Part shown: piece by piece, positions 11,575-22,281 of the stretch
How the letters are laid out: every line of letters begins with the position of its first letter
Position numbering within the stretch: position 1 is the stretch's first letter
From: Octopus sinensis
Taxonomy: Eukaryota
DNA length: 64,000 nt
NCBI RefSeq assembly: GCF_006345805.1
Contig: NC_043025.1
Location: forward strand, 6,076,001 to 6,140,000
Direction: 5' to 3'
Notes under the pieces: model-generated
The model's input: the letters and a program-made list of their open reading frames with translations, nothing else
Databases searched by the model: none
Told to the model about the DNA's origin: nothing
Made by a program: the position numbers and the translations under genes

Positions 11575-12130
11575 TTGGCGTTAGGAAGGGCATCCAGCTG
11601 TAGAAACATTGCCAGATCAGACTGGAGCCTGGTGCAGCCTTCTGGCTTCCCAGATCCCCGGTCGAACCGTCCAACCCATGCTAGCATGGAGAACGGACGT
11701 TAAACGATGATAATGATGATGTTTAACGTCCATTCTCCATGCTAGCATGGGTTGGACGGTTCGGCCGGGGATCTGGGAAGCCAGAGGCTGCACCAGACTC
11801 CAGTCTGACACTGCCAGATAAACTGGAGCCTGGTGCAGTCTTCTGGCTTCCTAGATCCCCGTCGAACCGTCCAACCCATGCTAGCAGCATGGATACCGGA
11901 CGTTAAACGATGATGATGATGATGTTTAACGTCCGTTCTCCATGCTAGCATGGGTTGGACAGTTCGGCCGGGGATCTAGGAAGCCAAAGGCTGCACCAGA
12001 CTCCAGTCTGAAACACTGCCAGATAAGACTGGAGCCTGGTGCAGTCTTCTGGCTTCCTAGATCCCCGGTCGAACCGTCCAACCCATGCTAGCATGGAGAA
12101 CGGACGTTAAATGATGATGATGATGATGAT
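11575..12130. repeat. Zig-zag palindromic array of the SINE family C 3' end (forward/reverse/forward/reverse/forward)
   Basis: Arms at about 11575-11705 (F), 11721-11808 (R), 11809-11908 (F), 11924-12011 (R) and 12012-12111 (F). Each F-R pair is separated by 15 bp of (GAT)n. Confidence 0.9.
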
Positions 12131-12369
12131 AAATTAAATGTTTAAAGCAACAGTAATGGAAAACGCATTTAAAAATTAATTGTAGAAGCTAATTAAAAAT
12201 CAGAAAGCAATTAATTAAAAATATGTCTGGAAAAAAACCCCAAAAAAACTTATTGCTTTCATGAAAGCCCATCGGGAAATAAATAGAGCGAAGGGAGATG
12301 AGGTGGGAGATGAGGGGGAAGAAGGAGGGAATGTAAGATAACGGTGGGGTGGAGGGGACTGGAGGAAAG

Positions 12370-12498
12370 TTACAAAGTAGATTTGTCCTTCTTGCCTGAG
12401 GCTTCTTTCAGTGCCTTCTCGCGGAGGTTTCGTCGTTTCGTAATCTGTCGCTGGTGTTCTTTCTCCATATCTTTCTCATCGATATTAAGCTTGAGAGA
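12370..12498 (-). CDS. TBC1D10A: TBC1D10-like terminal coding exon (129 bp): SLKLNIDEKDMEKEHQRQITKRRNLREKALKEASGKKDKSTL*
   Basis: AG acceptor at 12499-12500 after a CT-rich tract; in phase 0. Matches EPI64 '[20 protein letters not shown]'. TAA stop at 12370-12372. Confidence 0.85.
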   Translation of the reverse strand, partial: SLKLNIDEKDMEKEHQRQITKRRNLREKALKEASGKKDKSTL

Positions 12499-12759
12499 CT
12501 GTGAAAGGAGAGAGAGAGAGAGAGAAATAAAAGAGAGATGGAGAATTTGACAAATTAAAGAGAAATAAATGGATGAAATGAAATGAAATGAAATGAAGCA
12601 AACATCAGATATGCTTTGCCCCGGACAGAAACTGCAGGGGCCCCTCTTACAAGCCCTTATAATTCCACTGCAATGCTGGGAACCCTCCCCTATCGCCAGC
12701 AGGTATCTCAAGGTCACAAACATCTTGACCCTTAGCCTGGATGCTTCTTCAATAGTATA

Positions 12760-13028
12760 TTGTACACACACACACACACACACAAACACATATATATATA
12801 AATAATATATATATTATATATATATATTATAATAATATTAATATATATATATATATATATATATAGATACACACATACATATATATATACAACACACACA
12901 TATATATATACACACACACACACAATATATATTATACACATATATATACACACACACACACACATATATATATAATACACACACACACACATATATATAT
13001 ATTACCACAACACAACATATATATATAT

Positions 13029-13073
<45 letters not shown>

Positions 13074-13165
13074 TATACACACACACACACGTATATATAT
13101 ATACATATATCTACATATATACATATATATATACACACATATATATATACATATATATACATTTT
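12760..13165. repeat. (CA)n/(TA)n microsatellite block
   Basis: Direct inspection. Confidence 0.9.
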
Positions 13166-13619
13166 TTTCAAAAATTAAAATTGTTATGCCCAAGTACAAT
13201 TCAATATAAATAACTAGAGTGTAGAGGTATACCTGCCTAATAATTGGTCCTGGAAAGTTCCCCTCCAAGGCACAAGTCCGGGCAAGGTTGTTTATGGAAG
13301 ACCAGCAGTTATCCATGCATACCAGCCTTCCCTCTGCATGCCACTGATGTTATCCAAGGGAAAGGCAAAGGGGCCGATACAGCTTGGCACCAGTGATGTT
13401 ACACCTCATTTCTACAGGAGCAATGTGAAATAAAGTACCTTGCTCAAGAACACAATCCAGCCTGGTCCAGGAATCCTCATGATTGTGAGCCCAATGCTCT
13501 AAGCACTGAGCTAGGCACCATCACATATATACATATAACAATGAAGCTCTACAATAGCATCATAAGGTTATTGACTGCTATTTCCAGCAAACATTGTACA
13601 CTGTTTGGCCACTATTTCC

Positions 13620-13689
<70 letters not shown>

Positions 13690-13696
13690 TATATAT

Positions 13697-14080
13697 AGGC
13701 ACAGGAGTGGCTGTGTGGTAAGTAGCTTGCTAACCAACCACATGGTTCCGGGTTCAGTCCCACTGCGTGGCACCTTGGGCAGGTGTCTTCTGCTATAGCC
13801 CTGGGCCGACCAATGCCTTGTGAGTGGATTTGGTAGACGGAAACTGAAAGAAGCCTGTCGTATATATATATGTGTGTGTGTGTATCTGTGTTTGTCCCCC
13901 TAGCATTGCTTGACAACCAATGCTGGTGTGTTTACGTCCCCCGTCACTTAGTGGTTCGGCAAAAGAGACCGATAGAATAAGTACTGGGCTTACAATGAAT
14001 AAGTCCCGGGGTCGATTTGCTCGACATAAGGCGGTGCTCCAGCATGGCCGCAGTCAAATGACTGAAACAAGTAAAAGAGT
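13697..14080 (+). mobile_element. SINE family A, full length
   Basis: Matches the family A consensus. Confidence 0.9.
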
Positions 14081-14099
14081 ATATATATATATATGTATG

Positions 14100-14462
14100 T
14101 TGGAAATCGATCAACATCAATGGAAATTGCAGCTGTGATACCAGTGCCGGTGGTACGTAAGAGAACCATCCGAACGTGGTCGTTGCCAGCGCCGCCCTGA
14201 CAAGCCTTATATCAGTGGCACGTAAAAAGCACCATCCGATCGTGGCCGTTTGCCAGCCTCATCTGGCACCCGTGCCGGTGGCACGTAACAAGCACCCACT
14301 ACACTCACAGAGTGGTTGGCATTAGGAAGGGCATCCAACCGTAGAAACATTGCCAGATCAGACTGGAGCCTGGTGCAGCCTTCTGGCTTCCCAAACCCCA
14401 GTTGAACTGTCCAACCCATGCTAGCATGAAAAGCGGACGCTAAACGATGATGATGATGATAT
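14100..14462 (+). mobile_element. SINE family C (GGCACGTAAAAAGCACC modules, GGCGTTAGGAAGGGCATCC, tail CCCATGCTAGCATGG...GTTAAAC(GAT)n)
   Basis: About 10 copies in the window share the same 3' end and (GAT)n tail. Confidence 0.8.
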
Positions 14463-14464
14463 AA

Positions 14465-14725
14465 TGATGAATGTTCGTCCTTCGGGTTCGAAGATGACCA
14501 TTGACATCATTTGGTGGAATTGCTGCTATGAGACCGGAGGTGGCTGGTGAGGCCAATCCGGGCAAGAAAGCCCCTCCCACTGGCTTTCCGCATCTGGCGT
14601 TTCTGTTCTGCTGACTGAATCCGTCTCTCCTCGGCTGTCTTTGCTCCTGTGGTTATTGCGCTGCGCCAGGATGAGCGGTCAGTAGCAAGTGTCTCCCAAG
14701 TCTCTGTGCCGATGGAGAAGACCTG
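14465..14725 (-). mobile_element. RTE-clade LINE 3' end, 5'-truncated
   Basis: Hand translation: WETLATDRSSWRSAITTGAKTAEERRIQSAEQKRQMRKASGRGFLARIGLTSHLRSH*. It is followed by ATGGTCATCTTCGAACCCGAAGGACGAAC and a short tail, typical of RTE C-terminus and 3' UTR. Confidence 0.8.
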
Positions 14726-15197
14726 ACGATTAGGGTTGTATATAAAGGGAGGTTCTGTAAGAGACTGCGTGTCTCAGAAACATAGTATACAACCTCATGA
14801 AACTGTCACATGTCCAAATTTGGCCAAATGCACTTTTCCCAATATTTATTTTTGCTTGCAATACAGAGTTCTTTTGGTCAAGCAATCGTGTCTCCAGCTG
14901 CTTCAGATGCCAAGATATCAAAAACTGTCCAAAGTACAGGACAACAGTTTTGCTATGGAATGGTGACACTATTTTTTTCATTTTCTGAAAAAGTAGTTCT
15001 CAGGGAGATTCAGCGTGACACAGAATGTGACAAGGCTGGCCCTTTTGAATTACACTGTTGCCAGCTGAGTGGACTGGAGCAACGTGAAATAAAGTGTCTT
15101 GCTCAAGGACACAACATATCAGCGGTAACTAAACTCACAACTTTATGATCGTAAGCCAAATGCCTAAACCCCTAAGCTACTAAACAAATAACAACAG

Positions 15198-15627
15198 AGG
15201 CGCAGGAGTTGCTGTGTGGTAAGTAGCTTGCTAACCAACCACATGGTTCCGGGTTCAGTCCCACTGCGTGGCATCTTGGGCAAGTGTCTTCTGCTATAGC
15301 CCCGGTCCGACCAATGCCTTGTGAGTGGATTTGGTAGACGGAAACTGAAAGAAGCCTGTCGTATATATGTATATATATATATATATATATATTTTCTTTA
15401 CTGCCACCAAGGGGCTAAACATAGAAGGGACGAACAAGGGACAGACAAGGGGATTAAGTCGATTACATCGACCCCAGTGCGTAACTGGTACTGTAATTTA
15501 TCGACCCCGAAAGGATGAAAGGCAAAGTCGACCTCGGCGGATTTTGAACCCAGAACACTTAACGGCAGACGAAATACGGCTAAGCATTTCGCCCGCGTGC
15601 TAACGTTTTCTGCCAGCTCGCCGCCCC

Positions 15628-15699
<72 letters not shown>

Positions 15700-15932
15700 T
15701 ATATATTATATATATATATGTATGTTTTTGTGTGTCTGTGTTTGTCCCCCAACATTGCTTGACAACCGATACTGGTGTGTTTACGTCCCCGTCACTTAGC
15801 GTTTCGGCAAAAGAGACTGATAGAATAAGTACTGGGCTTACAAAGAATAAGTCCCGGGGTCGATTTGCTCGACTAAAGGCGGTGCTCCAGCATGGCCACA
15901 GTCAAATGACTGAAACAAGTAAAAGAGAGTAA
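15198..15932 (+). mobile_element. SINE family A interrupted by a minus-strand SINE family B (about 15395-15627)
   Basis: The A head (15198-15362) and A tail (15720-15932) flank a complete inverted B copy inserted in the (TA)n linker. Confidence 0.85.
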
Positions 15933-16056
15933 AAGAGAAAGAGAGGGATTGTGGTTCACTACAGCCGTTTCAGACACATTTTATTGATGAACAGAAAAGT
16001 AAACCATAAAAGATACAGATACAGATAGAGAAAGATAAAAGAAGCAAAGTACAAAC

Positions 16057-16211
16057 CTCTCTAGCGATGAAATCTCCGTCGATCATTTGGTGGGGGATGT
16101 GTTTTAATTTATCCATCGTCTCGTACAATGATGGACACTCAGAAAGTTTGCCTGGCGTGCCAAGGGTCAACTTGAATAATATCAGGGCTATCCGAAACAT
16201 CACTTTCACAC
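16057..16211 (-). CDS. TBC1D10A: TBC1D10-like coding exon (155 bp): (G)VKVMFRIALILFKLTLGTPGKLSECPSLYETMDKLKHIPHQMIDGDFIARE
   Basis: AG acceptor at 16212-16213, GTTTGT donor at 16051-16056. Matches EPI64 '[22 protein letters not shown]...YETIERL'. Confidence 0.94.
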
Positions 16212-16959
16212 CTGCAAAAAAAAGTATAAAGGACACTTTTAACTGATGCTCCATCAAACCACCTACTTTTATTCTTGCCACCCGTTTCGTTGAATGTTGT
16301 TCTCTCTTGCTGCCACTTACTTAACTCCTGTTTCGCTAATAATCTTGTCATCACACACACACACACACCACTTCTCTTCCCATCACCTACATACTACTCC
16401 CCCCCACACTCACACACTTACCACCCATTTTACTGACCCCACCCACACCCACAATCACCAGTTCTGATATCAGACATGCTGCCAGTTTCTTCTCCCCCAT
16501 CCAACACTACCTTCTCGATTACTGCTTATTTGCTCTGACTTACCACCCCTTTTAACCTCTCCCCCCTCACACTGCCTTACCATTGCTCTTTACCTCCACC
16601 CGCCATTCAGTTTTACCCCCACCACCACCACCCCACTCTTTACCCCTCCCCAACCACTGATCTTTACCCTTCCCCCACTCATACTCAGTTAACACCCCTC
16701 TTTAACCTACCCACCCCCACACTTACATTATCTTACCATCATCCTTGACTCCCCCACCCCACCATAACAAAACACTGGTGTACCAGTACATTTTCTATCC
16801 CCCCCACTTTTTTTTAGCACCAGTCTCTAATCACCCTGATCACACCTGTCCTCCTAAATACCTGACGTCACACCTGAATATACCAGTAATTGTATGCATG
16901 TGTATGTCTCCATATGTATCTCTGAGGAAGTGTAACTGCATGCAAGCTAGTATGTGCAT

Positions 16960-17295
16960 TGAAATATTCCCGTCTCTCTCTCTCTCTGTCCGTCTCTCTC
17001 CCTCCCTCTGTCTGTCCGTCTCTCTCTCTCCCTCTGTCTGTCCGTCTCTCTCTCTCCCTGTCTGTCCGTCTCTCTCTCTCCCTCTGTCTGTCCGTCTCTC
17101 TCTCTCTCTCTCTCTCTCCCTCCCTCTGTCTGTCAGCCTCTCTCTGACTGTCCGTCTGTCTCTCCCTCTCTATCTGTCTCTCTGTTTAGATCTGTCTCTC
17201 TGTCTAGATCTTTCTCCCTGTCTGTATCTATCCCTCTCTCTTTCTCTGTCTGTCTCTATCTCTCTGTTTGTCTGTCAGAGAGAGAGAGAGAGAGA
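16960..17295. repeat. (CT)n/(CTGT)n pyrimidine microsatellite
   Basis: Direct inspection. Confidence 0.9.
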
Positions 17296-17370
17296 TTATG
17301 CATTTCATTGTGTTTTTCCAGGATACATATGGTGTAGCATAACAAGTAAACAGGTTGTGTGGTTACTGAC

Positions 17371-17485
17371 CTTCACAGAAAAACATGTCCCACACTCGTA
17401 GAACAGCTGTCCAAGGCAATGTCCGACTGAATATACACATGAACCATTCTGTCATATACAATATTGGTTCAATTCTTTGTTTTTT
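17371..17485 (-). CDS. TBC1D10A: TBC1D10-like coding exon (115 bp): [38 protein letters not shown](G)
   Basis: Not in the ORF track; translated by hand. AG acceptor at 17486-17487, GTCAGT donor at 17365-17370. Confidence 0.96.
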
Positions 17486-17750
17486 CTGAAATTAAATGGA
17501 AGGCAAAAGACAAACCTGTAAAGATACATTTTATATCCTGGTGTTGGGTAAATAATTTAATGAAGGAGGGGAAAGAAGGTATTCACATGGCAGACTACAA
17601 TTACTGTTACACAAGGTTAAATGCTCTCTGCCAACAGCTCACAGTGAACTGCTTACCATCAATTGCTCATATCACAGTTCTTTATTTCATAGCAATGTGT
17701 TGGTCCACTTTTAGTTGCTTGGGGGCGGTCAGGATCTTTCCACAACAATA

Positions 17751-18159
17751 TACTCTCTTTTACTCTTTACTCTTTTACTTGTTTCAGTCATCTGACTGCG
17801 GCCATGTTGGAGCACCGCCTTTAGTCGAGCAATCGACCCTGGAACTTATTCTTTGTAAAGCCCAGTACTTTATTCTATCAGTCTCTTTTGCTGAAACCGC
17901 TAAGTGAAGGGGACATAAACACACACCAGCATCGGTTGTCAAGCAATGCTAGGGGGACAACCAAACACAAACACACAACATAATATTATATATATATACA
18001 TAATACGACAGGCTTCTTTCAGTTTCCGTCTACCAAATCCACTCACAAGGCATTGGTCAGCCCGGGGCTATAGCAGAAGACACTTGCCCAAGATGCCACA
18101 CAGTGGGACTGAACCCGGAACCATGTGGTTGGTTAGCAAGCTACTTACCACACAGCCAT
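17751..18159 (-). mobile_element. SINE family A
   Basis: Matches the family A consensus. Confidence 0.88.
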
Positions 18160-18339
18160 ATACAGATAAAATAGATTGATGTAACAGAATTTTGTCAGTG
18201 AATAGGTTACGGTTTCAAAGCGACAAAAATATTTTGACAAATTAAATTTAAATGTTGAAGTGAATCTAATGGTTTTTGTGTGTTATTAAATGCCATCTCT
18301 GTCAAGCAGGTTGGATACTGGAAATAGCAGTTGATAATA

Positions 18340-18342
18340 TAG

Positions 18343-18392
<50 letters not shown>

Positions 18393-18559
18393 CATGTACA
18401 TACACCTACACACACACATATATTTATATATCTATGCACACTTACTGATATGCCCTCATGCATATATATGTGTGTAGTGTATATATATATATATATATAC
18501 ACACACACAAAATGAGAAAATGGAGAAACATACCTAATATATACACATACATCTCTCTA

Positions 18560-18624
<65 letters not shown>

Positions 18625-19115
18625 ATCTCTCTGTCTGTCTGTCTGTCTCCTCTCTCTCTCCTCTCTCTCTCTCGCTCTATATATATATACACACATACAT
18701 CATCTCTGTTCTTCTGTCTCTCTCTCTCTCCTCTCTATATATATATATACACAACACATACATCTCTCTCTGTCTGTCTGTCTTCTCTCTCTCCCACTCT
18801 CTCCGCTCTCCTCTCTTCTCTCTCTCTCTCCTATATAATATATATATATATTATATCTACACACATTACATCTCTCTCTCTATGTATATAACATACATAC
18901 ATAATTGTAATACTTACATCTATAACTTATATAATATGTAATATATATATGTATATATTATATATATGCATATGGACACAGGACATCACAAACGTGTACA
19001 ACTAAAAAGTACGAAGCACGAGTACATGGAACCAGAACTATTTTTCGACAACGAAGCCACAAATGGAAAACAAATATATATATATATTATATATATATAT
19101 ATATATGTATTATGT
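18340..19115. repeat. (TA)n/(CT)n/(CA)n microsatellite block
   Basis: Direct inspection. Confidence 0.85.
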
Positions 19116-19654
19116 GTGTGTTTGGTATATTTATGTATACATAAATACATGTGTGCGCATATGAAACGTGGTGGGGAAATCAGTACAAGATAAGAAAATG
19201 GATTGTGGGATTTTCAATTCATCGCGCTTGTCTCCCTTGAATCACAGTTTCCCACAGACTTAAAGTACTGACTTACTGCCCAGTAAATAAATTCCGTTAT
19301 CAAGAAATCAAATCGAAGAAGCAGGATTAAATAAATTAAGCACAGACAAGGTTTCGTGAAAGGCAGTTTGCTTCCAAGTCACATGGTTTGGGGTTCAGTC
19401 CCACTGCGTGACACCTTCGGCAGGTGAGTTCCACTATAGACATGCGAGTGAATTTTATAGCCAGAAATTGAAAGAAATTCACTAGATGGATGCATGAGCT
19501 TGCATACATACATAGGAGCTCTTTTCAGTTGCTTCCCAAGCACATGGTTCAGTCCCACTGCATGGCACCTTGGGCAAATGTCTTCTACTATAGCCCCGGG
19601 CCAACAAAGTCCTTGTGAGTGGATTTGATAGACAGAAACTGAAAGAAGCCCATC

Positions 19655-19697
<43 letters not shown>

Positions 19698-19698
19698 A

Positions 19699-19729
<31 letters not shown>

Positions 19730-19777
19730 GTGTGTGTGTGTATATATATGTGTGTGTGTGTGTGTATGTATATATAT

Positions 19778-20158
19778 AGGCGCAGGAGTGGCTGTGTGGT
19801 AAGTAGCTTGCTAACCAACCACATGGTTCCGGGTTCAGTCCCACTGCGTGGCATCCTGGGCAAGTGTCTTCTACTATAGCCTCGGGCTGACCAGTGCCTT
19901 GTGAGTGGATTTGGTAGACGGAAACTGAAAGAAGCCTGTCGTATATATGTGTGTTTGTGTGTCTGTGTTTGTCCCCCTAGCATTGCTTGACAACCGATGC
20001 TGGGTGTGTTACGTCCTCGTCACTTAGCGGTTCGGCAAAAAGAGACGATGGAATAAGTACTGGGCTTACAAAAGAATAAGTCCCAGAGTCGATTTGCTCG
20101 ACTAAAGGTGGTGCTCCAGCATCGCCGCAGTCAAATGACTGAAACAAGTAAGAGAGAG

Positions 20159-20160
<2 letters not shown>
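19778..20160 (+). mobile_element. SINE family A, full length
   Basis: Matches the family A consensus. Confidence 0.88.
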
Positions 20161-20192
<32 letters not shown>

Positions 20193-20609
20193 GTGATTCC
20201 TAACGCCAACCACTCTGAGAGTGTAGTGGGTGCTTTAACGTTTTTAGTTCATGATGCATTATCTCGTAGCTTTGAGATTTCAATGATGTGATTGTTTATT
20301 TTTAGAATGACACTGTAGGGTAGGTGTGAGAGGCTGGATATGACCCAAAAGGGAAGAATATATTGGCCAGATATGCTCGGTTTAAAATGCTAAAAGGATA
20401 AATAATTGAATCATGATTCACCTCAGTTGTCTCCCTTTAAGCAATGAACTTCGTGTTGCGTCAGTATTTTTTTCTAAGGCTTAGAACACAAGTGAACAAT
20501 CAGATTCACACGAGCCTAGCTAAAAGAAGAAAGAGGGACAGTCTTTTTTAGGGATATTTTAGAAGGAACTTCGTTTCTTTTTTGTGTGTTTTTCGTCTTT
20601 TTTTATTGG

Positions 20610-21990
20610 GTTTACGTTCTGAGTTTGAATTCCGCCGAGGTCAACTTTGCCTTTCATCCTTTCGGGGTCGATAAATTAAGTACCAGTTACGCACTGGGGT
20701 CAATGTAATCGACTTAATAATCCCTTTATCTGTCCTTGTTTGTCCTCTCTGTGTATAGCCCCTTGTGGGTACTAAAGAAGTAGGTATTTCGTCTGTTACG
20801 TTCTGAGTTTGAATTCCGCCGAGGTCAACTTTGCCTTTCATCCTTTCGGGGTCGATTAAATAAGTACCAGTTAGGCACTTGGGTCAATGTAATCGACTTA
20901 ATAATCCCTTTATCTGTCCTTGTTTGTCCTCTCTGTGTTTAGCCCCTTGTGGGTACTAAAGAAGTAGGTATTTCGTCTGCCGCTACGTTCTGAGTTTGAA
21001 TTCCGCCGAGGTCAACTTCGCCTTTCATCCTTTCGGGGTCGATTAAATAAGTACCAGTTACGCACTGGGGGTCGATGTAATCGACTTAATCCGTTTGTCC
21101 TCTCTGTGTTTAGCCCCTTGTGGGTATAGTAACGAAATAGAAATAGGTATTTCGTCTGTCTTACGTTGAGTTGAATTCCGCTGAGGTCGACTTTGCCTTT
21201 CATCCTTTCGGGGTCGATTAAATAAGTACCAGTTACGCACTGGGGTCGATATAATCGACTTAATCCGTTTGTTCTCTCTGTGTTTAGCCCCTTGTGGGTA
21301 GTAACGAAATAGAAATAGGTATTTCGTCTGTTACGTTCTGAGTTTGAATTCCGCCGAGGTCAACTTTGCCTTTCATCCTTTCGGGGTCGATTAAATAAGT
21401 ACCAGTTACGCACTGGGGGTCGATGTAATCGACTTAATCCGTTTGTTCTCTCTGTGTTTAGCCCCTTGTGGGTAGTAACGAAATAGAAATAGGTATTTCG
21501 TCTGTCTTTACGTTGAGTTTGAATTCCGCTGAGGTCGACTTTGCCTTTCATCCTTTCGGGGTCGATTAAATAAGTACCAGTTACGCACTGGGGTCGATGT
21601 AATCGACTTAATCCCTTTATCTGTCCTTGTTTGTCCTCTCTGTGTTTAGCCCCTTGTGGGTAGTAACGAAATAGAAATAGGTATTTCGTCTGCCGTTACG
21701 TTCTGAGTTCAAATTCCGCCGAGGTCGACTTTGCCTTTCATCCTTTCGGGGTCGATTAAATAAGTACCAGTTACGCACTGGAGTCGATGGAATCGACTTA
21801 ATCCCTTTGTCTGTCCTTGTTTGTCCCCTCTGTGTTTAGCCCCTTGTGGGTAGTAAAGAAATAGAAATAGGTATTTCGTCTGTCTTTACGTTCTGAGTTC
21901 GAATTCTGCCGAGGTCGACTTTGCCTTTCATCCTTTTAGGGTCGATAAATTAAGTACCCGTAGCACATTGAGGTCAATGTAATCGAATGA
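20610..21990 (+). repeat. Tandem array (8 x ~170-190 bp) of the headless SINE family B body
   Basis: Units begin TTACGTTCTGAGTTTGAATTCCGCCGAGGTC near 20613, 20797, 20983, 21163, 21330, 21509, 21696 and 21887. Confidence 0.9.
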
Positions 21991-22281
21991 CCCCCACTCC
22001 CCAAAAATTTCGGGCCTTGTGCCTAGAGTAGAAAAGTATATATGGATTATGTTGTGATTTTCATGCGAAACAGAAGAGGCAAGAGGCAGGTCCAAAGACA
22101 GCCACGCACCCCCGGGTGGCACAAACAATCTAAACCACGGTGTTACTGAGTTCCTGCATGAAACAGTTTACAAAAGCGATATACAACCATGGCCACAGAG
22201 AACTGACTGAATCCAATTGAATTAAAAATGGAGAAACACAGATCTGGTGAGAAAGACACATTATGATATATATTGGGTTGT

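Noticed and set aside
12499-12789. Open frame continuing upstream in phase with the terminal exon
   Set aside because: It crosses a (CT)n polypyrimidine tract, shows no TBC1D10 similarity, and has a good AG acceptor at 12499-12500. Most likely intronic.
14736-15148. Overlapping short ORFs in non-repetitive-looking sequence
   Set aside because: There is no recognisable domain or convincing splice-site pair, and the 3' part runs into SINE sequence.
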